Shown here: positions 48,920 through 57,990 of the stretch, piece by piece
Layout of the letters: the number at the start of each line of letters is the position of its first letter
Position numbering within the stretch: the stretch's first letter is position 1
Assembly (NCBI GenBank): GCA_046292385.1
Contig: JBKBRF010000019.1
Span: 32,001-96,000 of the forward strand
Origin: Armatimonadota bacterium
Lineage (GTDB): Bacteria > Armatimonadota > SYMT01
DNA: 64,000 bases
Direction: 5' to 3'
Program-made: the position numbers and the translations under genes
Notes under the pieces: generated by a model
Told to the model about the DNA's origin: nothing
The model's database searches: none
What the model saw: the letters and a program-made list of their open reading frames with translations, nothing else

Positions 48920-50184
48920 CAGCTCTTCCCCGGTAATGCGTGAGGAGTAGATTGGATCTTATTCGCCAGTTGCTGCAGAGCTTGCTCCCGGCACTCGTTG
49001 AGTAACTTCGTGAACTGCGGATCGGCCGGCACGGTCTCCAGCGCGACCCAGCACTGCTCCGCCCCGTCGCCCGCCCGGCCGGACTTCTGCAGGGCCCGAA
49101 CGAGGGCTGCCCGGACTTCCGTGTCGCCAGGATTCCCGGCGAGACGCTGCCGCAGGCGCTGAACCTCCGCGCTGTCGGGCACCCGGCTGTCTCGCGGTCT
49201 GCCGAGCCGCGACGCGACGTCGGCCAGGGTGGGGGACCGGTCCAGCAGCGCGAGCAGCTCTTCACAATCGGGATCCGCGCCGCGCTTTGCCTTCTCCCGC
49301 GCCAGCACCGACCGCGCCTCGTCGCGTCGGCCGGTAGCAATCAGGACTTCCGCCAGCGCGGCGGTAAACTGCGGCTTCGGAGCGGGGTCCCGCACCGCCT
49401 CCCGCGCCAGCTCCTCCGCCTCGGCCAGCGCCGCCGAGGTCCCGCGCCGCAGCATCAACCGCGCCAGCGGCGCGCGGACCATCCCGGTGGGGTACCCGCG
49501 CACGAGTCCGATCCGCCGACGCAGCTTCTTCTCCGCGTCCTCCTCGCGCCGGAGTCGCACTCCCAGCTCGGCAATCACCGGGTAGAGCGTGTCCTGCATC
49601 GGCTCGTGCTCGATCACCTGCATCGCCTTGTCCCAGGCCTCCTGATCTTTCCCCAGCGCAGCCAGGCATTCCGCCCAGGTTTCCAGGCTCACCATTGTGG
49701 GGGTCTTGTGCTGCGAGGCTTTCTCCAGCAGGGGAAGGGCATCCCGGTAAAGACCGGCGTCCGCGTAGACCTGCGCCAGGCTGTAAGCAGGGTCGGCGTC
49801 GTTCGGAGCCAGCTCGGCCGCCCGGCGGTAGGCATTCACCGCCCGGGCCACCTCGCCGGCGCCCGCCGCGGCCCGCGCGTAGCCGAGCCAGTAGAGCGAG
49901 GAGCGCGGCTCCTTCTTCACGAGCGATTCCATCCGCGCCGCCGCTTCCGGGTGCTCGCCCATCGTGACGAGCCGGAACGAAAGGCGATACGCGAGCTCGT
50001 GGTCGGCCGGATCGCGCTCGGACGCGGCGCGGAGCACCGGGATCGGCGCGGAGCTCAGCCACTCCTCGCGCTGGGCCAGGAACCACTGCCAGACACTCGC
50101 GACCAACGCCGCGGCTACGACCAGCGCAGCCAGCAGCCAGGATACCCGCCGCACGCGGCGATTCGAAGCAGCCGTCATCATCAC
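48919..50184 (-). CDS. Membrane-anchored TPR protein (paralog 3)
   Basis: N-terminal TM helix and TPR units (YRRAAELAPNDADPAYSLAQ); coupled to both neighbours. Confidence 0.85.
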   Translation of the reverse strand: MMMTAASNRRVRRVSWLLAALVVAAALVASVWQWFLAQREEWLSSAPIPVLRAASERDPADHELAYRLSFRLVTMGEHPEAAARMESLVKKEPRSSLYWLGYARAAAGAGEVARAVNAYRRAAELAPNDADPAYSLAQVYADAGLYRDALPLLEKASQHKTPTMVSLETWAECLAALGKDQEAWDKAMQVIEHEPMQDTLYPVIAELGVRLRREEDAEKKLRRRIGLVRGYPTGMVRAPLARLMLRRGTSAALAEAEELAREAVRDPAPKPQFTAALAEVLIATGRRDEARSVLAREKAKRGADPDCEELLALLDRSPTLADVASRLGRPRDSRVPDSAEVQRLRQRLAGNPGDTEVRAALVRALQKSGRAGDGAEQCWVALETVPADPQFTKLLNECREQALQQLANKIQSTPHALPGKS

Positions 50185-51878
50185 TTCGACTCCACCACCA
50201 GCAAGTCACCGGGGACTTGCGGCGACTCCACCACCGTACGGCGTCCGCTCGGCCACCGTACCTCCACTCGATCGACCTGCCGGGTCGCTCCCAGGCCGAC
50301 GTGCACCCGCGGATCGCTGGCGGAGAGATAGCTCCCGCAGGTGGCAGCCTGGGCCGTCCACCGCTGCTCCCCGGCGATCACCTGGATCCGCGCTCCAATC
50401 CCGTCCCGGTTGCTCCGGGTGCCTCGCAGCTTGACGCGCAGCCAGTTCCCAGGCTGCGGATGGCGGTTGATCAGCACCCGGGCGGTGCCTTCCAGATCGG
50501 TCGCCACCGCGTCCAGCAGACCATCGTCGTTCAGGTCGCCGGTCGCGATTCCCCGAATGACTCCCGGCGTGGTCAAGGAGCTTCCCGCTTCCGCGGAGGC
50601 GTCGGAGAACCCGCCACCCTCCCGGCTGCGGAAGAGCTGCATCGGCTGCGCGTATTGCCCCAGCTTGTCGATCAGCGGCTGGTTATCGTGGATGTGCCCG
50701 TTCCCGACGAGGAGGTCGAGCCAGCCGTCGTTATCCGCGTCCAGAAACTTGGTACCGAAGCCCACGTACGGACGCGTCAGCTGGTCCACTCCCAGCGCCA
50801 GGCTGCGGTTCTCGAACATCTCTCCGCCGCGGTTCAGGTAGACGCTGGTCGGCTCGAACTCGTAGGTGCTCACCACCAGGTCGAGCCGCTGATCCCGGTC
50901 GAGGTCGCCGAACTCCACCCCCATCGCCCCCTGCATCTTGCCATCGGCGCTGGTGGCGACTCCGGCCGCGAAGGCCTTGTTGACGAACCGCTTGCCTCCC
51001 TGGTTGAGGAAGAGGTCTCCCGGCATCTCGTCGTTGCCGAGATAGAGATCGGGCCAGCCGTCGTCGTTCACGTCGGCAAACGCCGCCCCGAGGCACTTCC
51101 CGTGCTGCTTGTCCAGCCCGTACTCCCGGGTGACGTCCTGAAACCGGAAGTTGCCCCGGTTCAGGTAGAGGCTGCCGAACTGGGGGTCGTAGAACATCGG
51201 CCCGCACGAAGACTGGTACTCCCCGTAATCGCAGAGCCGGATCGTCTCCTCGTTGAAGACGACGTACCGGCCCACGTAGAGGTCCAGCAGCCCGTCGCCG
51301 TTGACGTCGGCCACGGCGACGCTGGTCTGCCACGAGGTGGGGGAGGGGGAGGTCAGGCCGGAGCCCGCGGTCCGATCAGCGAACCGGCCCTTGCCCAGGT
51401 TGCGATAGAGGCGGGACTCGCCGTAGCCGGTCAGGAGCAGATCGGGGAGGCCGTCGTTATCGAAGTCGCCGGAAGCGACCCCGAGATACATGCCCGGCGC
51501 CTCCAGTCCGCTGCCGGCGGTGACGTTCTCGAATCTCCCCGTCCCGTCGTTGCGGAAAAGGCCGCAGCGCCCGTCCCCCGCGCCGGTCTGGCCGACCAGA
51601 AAGAGGTCGGCATGTCCGTCTGCGTCGAAGTCGAGCACGGCGCACCCGGTGCCCATCGTCTCCAGGATCGTCAGGGGCGACCGGCCGCCGTGTCCGAGGC
51701 GAAACTCGACGCCTCGGGCCGCCGCCTCATCCACCAGCCAGCCCGGCGGCTCCTTCCGCGCCGGCGCCGCGCCGCCGGGGCGCGCCGGGGAAGAAGCTCC
51801 GTTTCCACGTGCCAGGGCGAAGGCGCCCAGCCCCAGGAGTGCCGGCACGACTACCACCGCTGCAATCACTCGCCGCAT
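50181..51878 (-). CDS. CRTAC1/ASPIC-UnbV family FG-GAP repeat protein (paralog 3)
   Basis: Signal/TM segment, FG-GAP repeats, SNRDGIGARI...GSYLSASDPRVHVGLG...EVRWPSG. Confidence 0.92.
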   Translation of the reverse strand: MRRVIAAVVVVPALLGLGAFALARGNGASSPARPGGAAPARKEPPGWLVDEAAARGVEFRLGHGGRSPLTILETMGTGCAVLDFDADGHADLFLVGQTGAGDGRCGLFRNDGTGRFENVTAGSGLEAPGMYLGVASGDFDNDGLPDLLLTGYGESRLYRNLGKGRFADRTAGSGLTSPSPTSWQTSVAVADVNGDGLLDLYVGRYVVFNEETIRLCDYGEYQSSCGPMFYDPQFGSLYLNRGNFRFQDVTREYGLDKQHGKCLGAAFADVNDDGWPDLYLGNDEMPGDLFLNQGGKRFVNKAFAAGVATSADGKMQGAMGVEFGDLDRDQRLDLVVSTYEFEPTSVYLNRGGEMFENRSLALGVDQLTRPYVGFGTKFLDADNDGWLDLLVGNGHIHDNQPLIDKLGQYAQPMQLFRSREGGGFSDASAEAGSSLTTPGVIRGIATGDLNDDGLLDAVATDLEGTARVLINRHPQPGNWLRVKLRGTRSNRDGIGARIQVIAGEQRWTAQAATCGSYLSASDPRVHVGLGATRQVDRVEVRWPSGRRTVVESPQVPGDLLVVESK

Positions 51879-51887
51879 ACTGCGCCC

Positions 51888-53159
51888 CTACCGCTTGAAG
51901 GCGACGGCGGGATCCTGCGACTTCCGCAGTTCCGCCAGATAGTCGTTCAGCTCCCGCTCCACCGCCGGATCGGTGCCCTGGCCCAGGTAGACCTGATACT
52001 GGTTCACGGCTCCCTCGGTGTTTCCGTACTTCCGGTAGACGCGGGCCATCCGGAGACGGAGCGACTGGCGCTTCGGCTCGGCGCGGATGCGGTTCTCCAG
52101 GTTCTCGATCTCCCGCTTGGCCGCCGCCAGCTGCTGGGACGCCGCGATCAGCCGGGAGCCTTCCGCCGTCTTCCCGGAGCGCCGGAGCGAAAGGCCGTAG
52201 TGGTACAGCGCCTCGTCGTGCGAAGCGTCGAGCTCCAGCGCCTTCGCGTGCTGCGCGGCCGCCTGCTTCCACTCGCCGGCTCGCTCGTAGAGCTGACCGA
52301 GCTCGAAGTACGGCTCCGCCAGCTTCCCGTCGAGCTCAATCGCGGTCTTCAGCTCCGCCATCGCCTCCCGCCGGCGGTCCGGAGTGTCCTCTCGCTGCGC
52401 CAGGAGCTGGCCCAGCCAGTAGTGGCTCACCGGGTCCTTCGGGTTGAGCTGGATGGCCCGGCGAAGCTGCTGCTCCGACTCGTCCAGCTTTGAGTAGTGC
52501 CGGGAGAGCTGCCCCAGGTCGCGCCAGAAGTCGGCTTCCTGCGGGCGAAGCCGCACCGCGGTGTGCATCGCTTCCAGCGCGAGATCGGACTGCTTCGCGT
52601 CGCCGTACATCTTGCCGAGGTGGTACCAGGCGATCCCGTTCTTCGGCTCGATCTCGGTGATCTTCTTCAGCGGCTCCAGCGCGCCGCGGGGGCTCCCCAT
52701 GCGGGAGAAGGTCTGCGCCAGGCCCACGTAGGCCGGCACCGAACGCGGCTGCAGCTCGATCGCCCTCGTGAACGATTCCTTCGCTCCCGGCAGATCACTG
52801 CGACGCAGCCGGATCGTCCCCATCCCCACGTGGGCCCGGTACATCTTCGGGTCGAGGGCGATTGCCTGGGAGAACGCCTTCTCACTCGGCTCCAGGCTCC
52901 CCACTTTGAGCAGGGCGGAGCCGTAGTAGGCGAGGGTGAGCGGATCGCGGGGCGAGTCGTGGATCGCCAGCGCGAGCTCTTCGGTGGTGAGGCGGGATAG
53001 ATACCGCTCGCGCGCCCAGGCGCTGTTCCGGAGGGCGAGGCCCCCCGCGATCAGGACGAGCCCGCAGGCAACGATCACCGCCAGACGGCGGCGGCGGTAG
53101 TCCCAGGCACGAAAGCGCGCCGTGAGCCCGGCCGCGAAAGGTCGAGACAGCTCTGACAT
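51888..53159 (-). CDS. Membrane-anchored TPR protein (paralog 4)
   Basis: TM helix followed by many canonical TPR units (AIALDPKMYRAHVGMG, AIQLNPKDPVSHYWLG). Confidence 0.9.
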   Translation of the reverse strand: MSELSRPFAAGLTARFRAWDYRRRRLAVIVACGLVLIAGGLALRNSAWARERYLSRLTTEELALAIHDSPRDPLTLAYYGSALLKVGSLEPSEKAFSQAIALDPKMYRAHVGMGTIRLRRSDLPGAKESFTRAIELQPRSVPAYVGLAQTFSRMGSPRGALEPLKKITEIEPKNGIAWYHLGKMYGDAKQSDLALEAMHTAVRLRPQEADFWRDLGQLSRHYSKLDESEQQLRRAIQLNPKDPVSHYWLGQLLAQREDTPDRRREAMAELKTAIELDGKLAEPYFELGQLYERAGEWKQAAAQHAKALELDASHDEALYHYGLSLRRSGKTAEGSRLIAASQQLAAAKREIENLENRIRAEPKRQSLRLRMARVYRKYGNTEGAVNQYQVYLGQGTDPAVERELNDYLAELRKSQDPAVAFKR

Positions 53160-53278
53160 TGGCCTTCAAGAGAAATGCGGAAGACGAGTCGAGCGAGACA
53201 GGATTAGCTGCGCCGCAACGCGACTACGAAACCACTGCTGCTACGCCGCGGCTCGAGCCGGGGCCGAACCGGGAGAAG

Positions 53279-53314
53279 CGGCTCCGGGTGCGAAGCAACC
53301 CGCACCCGGAGCCG
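53279..53314 (-). terminator. Strong stem-loop between the DUF1559 gene and the downstream TPR gene
   Basis: CGGCTCCGGGTGCG-aagcaacc-CGCACCCGGAGCCG, a perfect 14-bp stem with a weak U tract. Confidence 0.6.
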
Positions 53315-53332
53315 GACGGAGAGGACTGGAGG

Positions 53333-54160
53333 TTAGTCGATCTTCCAGCGCCACCCCGGATCGTTCTGGCCCGGCTGCATGTGCTTGTTGCCGGGGAACG
53401 TCTTCTCGAACCAGCCCTGATCGCCCGGCGCGCCGTAGAGCGCGTTCCCGGCGGCAACGCTCGAGATCGTAGAGGTGGGAGTCACACGCACCCACTTGAC
53501 GTGGCCGTCTACGAAGCAGACGTTCGCCCCGCCGTTGTGGCGCGGCAGACCCCAGGTGAAGCCCTGCCAGCTCAACCAACCGGTAATCAGCGAGCCGGAC
53601 ATGCCCCACGTGGTGTCTTCCATCAGCCACTGCGTGTTCGGGCGCCCCATCCAGTCGACCCCTTCGCGGCCGCCCCAGTCCTGGTGCCCGTCCATCAGCA
53701 TGACGCAGTCGGCCGGAGCGTTCACCGCCGCCTCGTTCAGCGGGAAGCGGTCCCGAGCCAGCATGTTGTTGTAGAGGTAGCTGACCGGGTTCCGATTCCA
53801 CGCCCATGCCTGGGGATTGTTCGGGTCCTCATCCAGGTCGGTGGAGCTGGGGCAGCGGAAGATCCCCTTGTTCTTCACGTAGGGAGCCACCGTGTTCTGC
53901 CATTCCCAGGTGCCGATGTTGTTCGGCATCCAGCCGCCGAACGGGTAGCGCTCATCGTAGTCCTGCGTGTACATCTTGATCGCCAGACCGAGCTGCCGCA
54001 CGTTGCTCTGGCTGGAGGCCTGGCGCGCCTTCTCCCGGGCCTGTGCGAAGACCGGGAAGAGAATGGCTGCAAGGATAGCGATGATCGCGATAACCACAAG
54101 CAGCTCGATGAGGGTGAACCCGAGGGGATGCCCCCGGCCCTTCCACTTGAGAGTCATCAT
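53333..54160 (-). CDS. DUF1559-family prepilin-like protein with H-X9-DG motif
   Basis: [34 protein letters not shown] and [14 protein letters not shown]. Confidence 0.93.
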   Translation of the reverse strand: MMTLKWKGRGHPLGFTLIELLVVIAIIAILAAILFPVFAQAREKARQASSQSNVRQLGLAIKMYTQDYDERYPFGGWMPNNIGTWEWQNTVAPYVKNKGIFRCPSSTDLDEDPNNPQAWAWNRNPVSYLYNNMLARDRFPLNEAAVNAPADCVMLMDGHQDWGGREGVDWMGRPNTQWLMEDTTWGMSGSLITGWLSWQGFTWGLPRHNGGANVCFVDGHVKWVRVTPTSTISSVAAGNALYGAPGDQGWFEKTFPGNKHMQPGQNDPGWRWKID

Positions 54161-54178
54161 ATGCCTTCCTTTCGTTAC

Positions 54179-54400
54179 TTAGCGCCCGCCGTTGGCGCCA
54201 GGCCCGCCCATTCCGGGAGGTCCGGCTCCGTTGGCACCGGCGGGGGGACCGCCGTTCGAAGCCGCACCGGTGGCGGCATAGGGATTGTCGCTGCTGCTGG
54301 GTCCGGGCGCGTTGCTGCAGCCGGATACCACCAGCATCCCAACGAGGGTGGCGGCAAGGAGCGCCGCCATCGGCCTTGTGAGCCGAGTACACGGGTGCAT
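54179..54400 (-). CDS. Small Gly/Pro-rich lipoprotein (73 aa)
   Basis: Signal peptide with lipobox VSGC and a low-complexity mature part ending GANGGR; about 20 nt upstream of the DUF1559 gene. Confidence 0.7.
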   Translation of the reverse strand: MHPCTRLTRPMAALLAATLVGMLVVSGCSNAPGPSSSDNPYAATGAASNGGPPAGANGAGPPGMGGPGANGGR

Positions 54401-54513
54401 CTCTGCTTCCTGGCTCCTTTCTTGGCTCCTACTCAGTCCGCTCCACCACAGACTCAGCGCCGGGAGCGAACTTCATGAAAAGTTAATTCGGAGTTGCGAA
54501 GTTGTTTCCTGCA

Positions 54514-54537
54514 TTTAGGGGCATTCCTGCCCCTAAA
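54514..54537. promoter_or_regulatory. Palindromic operator candidate in a divergent promoter region
   Basis: TTTAGGGGCA-ttcc-TGCCCCTAAA, a perfect 10-bp inverted repeat in an AT-rich patch between divergent genes. Confidence 0.5.
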
Positions 54538-54699
54538 AATGTAATGAAGACGGATGCTCCGGCGGCGGCGGCTCGCCGGCGTTGCCGGGGAGGCCGGAAG
54601 CGGGATAGAACTTAGCGGAGTGGCTTCCGCGCGTTTACCCGGCTGTTGGCGCGGGGCAGCCTTCCTCTGAACTATCCATTCCTTCTCGGAGGTCCACCT

Positions 54700-54903
54700 G
54701 TGAGCAAGAAGATCGTCTCTATGTTGCTGGCGCTCAGCGCCATGGCCGGCGCGGCCTCCCTGCTCGTCGGCTGCGATACCGCCGGCAGCGGTGGTGGCGA
54801 GCGGCCGACCCCGCCTCCCGGCGTCGAGTACGGCCCCGCCGGCAATTCCGCCGCCAGCCCTGGCGGCAACGCCGGCGGCGCGGGCGCAAACGGCGGCCAG
54901 TAG
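54700..54903 (+). CDS. Small Gly/Pro-rich lipoprotein (67 aa)
   Basis: GTG start after GGAGG; MSKKIVSMLLALSAMAGAASLLVG|C lipobox; ends GANGGQ. Confidence 0.72.
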   Translation: MSKKIVSMLLALSAMAGAASLLVGCDTAGSGGGERPTPPPGVEYGPAGNSAASPGGNAGGAGANGGQ

Positions 54904-54932
54904 GGACCGCGCGCCAGTAGGGCGAGCGGTAA

Positions 54933-54979
54933 CAAAGCAGCCCCGGAGGTCCACTGTGACCTCCGGGGCTGTTGTTTTG
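54933..54979. terminator. Probably bidirectional terminator between convergent genes
   Basis: GCAGCCCCGGAGGTC-cactgt-GACCTCCGGGGCTGT, flanked by CAAA and TGTTTT. Confidence 0.75.
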
Positions 54980-55011
54980 TCCATTCGGGGAATCGTCCGG
55001 CGCCGGGAGCG

Positions 55012-56181
55012 CTACCAGACTTTGATCCAGTGGGTGCGGAACTTCAGCCCGAACGGCATGTTCACGTCCTGCTTGGGCATGTGGCAGGAGACGCAGTCTC
55101 GCGTCGGCTCGATCGGGCAAACGGCGTGCGCGTCCTGCGGCGCCGCCGGAGCGGAGCTGTGGCACGAGATGCACTTCCCGTCGTACTCCGCCAGGGTCAG
55201 CTTGGTGTCGCCGTGCGCGTTGTGGCAGGTCAGGCAGGAGAGCCTGCCCTCGCTGTTCGTGAAGCAGGGGCTCTGCGGCAGCGCCAGGCCCTGCAGCCGC
55301 GGGAGCTGCGCCTTGTTGAACGGCTCGTTCAGATCGTCGCCCGCCGGAGAGCGGTGGCACTGGCCGCAAAGCTCGGTGCTCAGCCGCTCCCGCATCTGAC
55401 CGAGACGGGCCATCTTGATATCGCGAGAGCCGGTGTTGATCGCCTCCACGTGGGCCTTTCCCGGGCCGTGGCACGACTCGCAGCCCAGCCCCAGGAACGC
55501 CTTCTCCGGCTGAATGCGCTGCCCTTCCTTGACCAGGGCGGTGGTGTGGCAGTTGAAGCACTCTTCCATCACGTCCGCGGTTTTCACCAGCCCCGAAGGG
55601 AAGAGCATGCCGCCGCTGACCTCCTCCACCTTCTGCCCCGGGCTAAAGTGCCACCGGCCCACCTCCGGGTAGAAACTAAGGCGCAGCTCCAGCAGGCGGT
55701 TCTGGAACTCGCCCATGTAGGTGACGCCGTGCTTGCCGGAGCCGAAGCCGTACTTCGCCGCGATGGTGTCGGTGCCTTCCCTGGTGGTGACGGTCTGGAT
55801 GCACTGGCCGTCCTTCACTCCGGTGACGTAGTGCAGTTCCCGCTTCGGATCGGTGACGTCGCTGGGCTTCTGGAACCGCTCTCCGTGCGTCTCCGCCGTC
55901 ACCAGGGAAAGCGTCTCCGCGTGGTGACTGCCGTCGTGCGCCGCGAACTGCTCCGAGTGGCAGGAAGCGCATGCCTCACTGCCGAGATACGACTTGCGCT
56001 CCTCCGGAGTGACCGGTCGAATCTTCGGGATCTCCTGCACGGAGGAAACCTTCGGCCCCTCCGGAGCGCAGCTCTGGAGCGCGGGCAGCAGCAGGAGGAG
56101 GAAGATCCCCGACACCAGCGACCCGGTCCGCACGCTGCGGGGGAGCCTTCGGGCCAGAGATGAGAGCGGGTAGGATGACAT
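55012..56181 (-). CDS. Multiheme c-type cytochrome, probable lipoprotein (7 CxxCH)
   Basis: CASCH, CFNCH, CESCH, CGQCH, CLTCH, CISCH and CVSCH; lipobox-like LQSC; GCESCHGPGKAH resembles c554-type domains. Confidence 0.9.
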   Translation of the reverse strand: MSSYPLSSLARRLPRSVRTGSLVSGIFLLLLLPALQSCAPEGPKVSSVQEIPKIRPVTPEERKSYLGSEACASCHSEQFAAHDGSHHAETLSLVTAETHGERFQKPSDVTDPKRELHYVTGVKDGQCIQTVTTREGTDTIAAKYGFGSGKHGVTYMGEFQNRLLELRLSFYPEVGRWHFSPGQKVEEVSGGMLFPSGLVKTADVMEECFNCHTTALVKEGQRIQPEKAFLGLGCESCHGPGKAHVEAINTGSRDIKMARLGQMRERLSTELCGQCHRSPAGDDLNEPFNKAQLPRLQGLALPQSPCFTNSEGRLSCLTCHNAHGDTKLTLAEYDGKCISCHSSAPAAPQDAHAVCPIEPTRDCVSCHMPKQDVNMPFGLKFRTHWIKVW

Positions 56182-56355
56182 GTTGCGAAAGAGCGATCTG
56201 CCGCGCCGGTCTTGGGCCGAACGAGCAGAATGATTTGGCGAACGATCAGTGACCCATCTGCGTAGTTCTAGTGGAGTATACGGACCAACTCTCGCGCACG
56301 TACTCCGGGCGTCGCCAAAGTTCTACATTTCCCTGCCGGCCGGTCCGCCGTTGAG

Positions 56356-57990
56356 GTGCCAGTGTTGCGTGGGCCCGCATTCGCTTTCGTCTTCTCCCTC
56401 TCCACTCTGATCCTGGCCGGGTGCGTCGGCGAACAGTCCGGTCGAGCGAGTGCCAAGACGCCGGATGAGCCGTTCGTAGACGTTACCGCCGCCGCCGGCA
56501 TCGACTACCAGTTGACTCCGGCCAAGCGTCCCATGCGGATCCTGGAATCGGTCGGGTCCGGCTGTGGCTTCGTCGACCTCAATGGCGACGGAAAGCTGGA
56601 CGTGCTGCTGGTGGGGCAGCCCCGGTGCGCGGTCTACCGGAACGACGGCGGCGGCCGGTTCACCGACATCACCGCCGAGACCGGCCTGGGGGTCGAAGGC
56701 CCCTGGATCACCGCGGCCGTGGCGGATTACGACCGGGACGGGGACATCGACGTCCTGCTGGCGGGGTATCGCCGCTCGGCCCTGTTCCGCAACGACGGCG
56801 GCCGGTTTACAGACGTGACCGCCGAGGCCGGAGTTCAGGTGGGCCGCTGGTGCAATACCGCCGCCTTCGCGGACTTCGACCGGGACGGCTATCCGGACCT
56901 CTACATCGGCACCTACGTGAAGTTCGGCCCGGAATCGAAGCAGTACTGCCGGCTTCACGCGGGGGGCGCCCATACCTCGTGCCGGCCGGTCGACTACGAC
57001 GGCGACGTCGGCGCCTGCTTCCGGAACCGGGGCGACGGCACCTTCGAGGACGTGACGCAAAAGTGGGGGCTGGACAAGGTCCACGGAAAGAATCTCGGGA
57101 TTGCGGTCGCCGACTACGATGATGACGGCTGGCCGGATCTCTTCCTGGCGAACGACGAGATGGCGCAGGAGCTCTACCGGAATCAGGAGGGTAAGGGCTT
57201 TGTCAACGTCGCGATCGAGACCGGGTCCGCCTACCGGGGAGACGGCGGGATGATGGGCGGGATGGGCGTGGACTGGGGCGACTACGACAACGACGGCGCC
57301 CTGGACCTGCTGGTCGGCACCTACGAAGCCGAGCCGAAGGCGCTCTTCCGCAACCTGGGCGGATCGGGATTCGAGTGGGCGACCGCCCGCTCGCAGATCG
57401 AGGCGGCGTCGAACGTCTCCGTGGTGTGGGGGACGCTCTTGTTCGACTACGACAACGACGGCCTCCTCGACATCGCGTTCGCCAATGGCCATGTCTTCGA
57501 CAACGTGGAAGCAGTGAATCCGCAGTCGTCTTACCGGCAGCCGACCCAGCTCTTCCGGAACCAGGGCGACGGCAGCTTCTCCTTTATCGAGAGTCCCACG
57601 CTGGCGGTCCCGATGGCCGCGCGCGGTCTGGCGTGCGGGGACTACGACGGGGATGGAGACCTCGACCTCCTGATCTCGGACATCGACGGCAAGGCGCGAC
57701 TCCTGGAGAACCGGGCTGGAAACGGAAAGCACTGGCTGCTGGTCCAGACCCGCGGGACCAAGAGCAACCGGGACGGCCTGGGCGCACGCGTGACGCTCCA
57801 CCTGAAGGGTGGAAAGCGCGTCGGCGAGGTGCGGACCGCTCGCAGCTACGCCACCGTCTGTGACGGGCGAGTGCACTTCGGGCTGGGCGACGTTACAGAG
57901 ATCGAGCGCGTAGAGGTACGGTGGCCTTCCGGCGCGGTCAGCCGGGTTGACAACGTCCGGGCGAATCAGGTGTTGGTGGTGGAAGAATGA
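56356..57990 (+). CDS. CRTAC1/ASPIC-UnbV family FG-GAP repeat lipoprotein (paralog 4)
   Basis: Lipobox LAGC, FG-GAP repeats, SNRDGLGARV...HFGLG...EVRWPSG. Confidence 0.92.
   Translation: MPVLRGPAFAFVFSLSTLILAGCVGEQSGRASAKTPDEPFVDVTAAAGIDYQLTPAKRPMRILESVGSGCGFVDLNGDGKLDVLLVGQPRCAVYRNDGGGRFTDITAETGLGVEGPWITAAVADYDRDGDIDVLLAGYRRSALFRNDGGRFTDVTAEAGVQVGRWCNTAAFADFDRDGYPDLYIGTYVKFGPESKQYCRLHAGGAHTSCRPVDYDGDVGACFRNRGDGTFEDVTQKWGLDKVHGKNLGIAVADYDDDGWPDLFLANDEMAQELYRNQEGKGFVNVAIETGSAYRGDGGMMGGMGVDWGDYDNDGALDLLVGTYEAEPKALFRNLGGSGFEWATARSQIEAASNVSVVWGTLLFDYDNDGLLDIAFANGHVFDNVEAVNPQSSYRQPTQLFRNQGDGSFSFIESPTLAVPMAARGLACGDYDGDGDLDLLISDIDGKARLLENRAGNGKHWLLVQTRGTKSNRDGLGARVTLHLKGGKRVGEVRTARSYATVCDGRVHFGLGDVTEIERVEVRWPSGAVSRVDNVRANQVLVVEE

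Noticed and set aside
50217..52493. 758-aa plus-strand ORF, and similar long antisense ORFs (24951..26759, 39823..41883, 20179..22191, 28627..30540)
   Set aside because: All lie opposite well-supported genes and have no recognisable domains.
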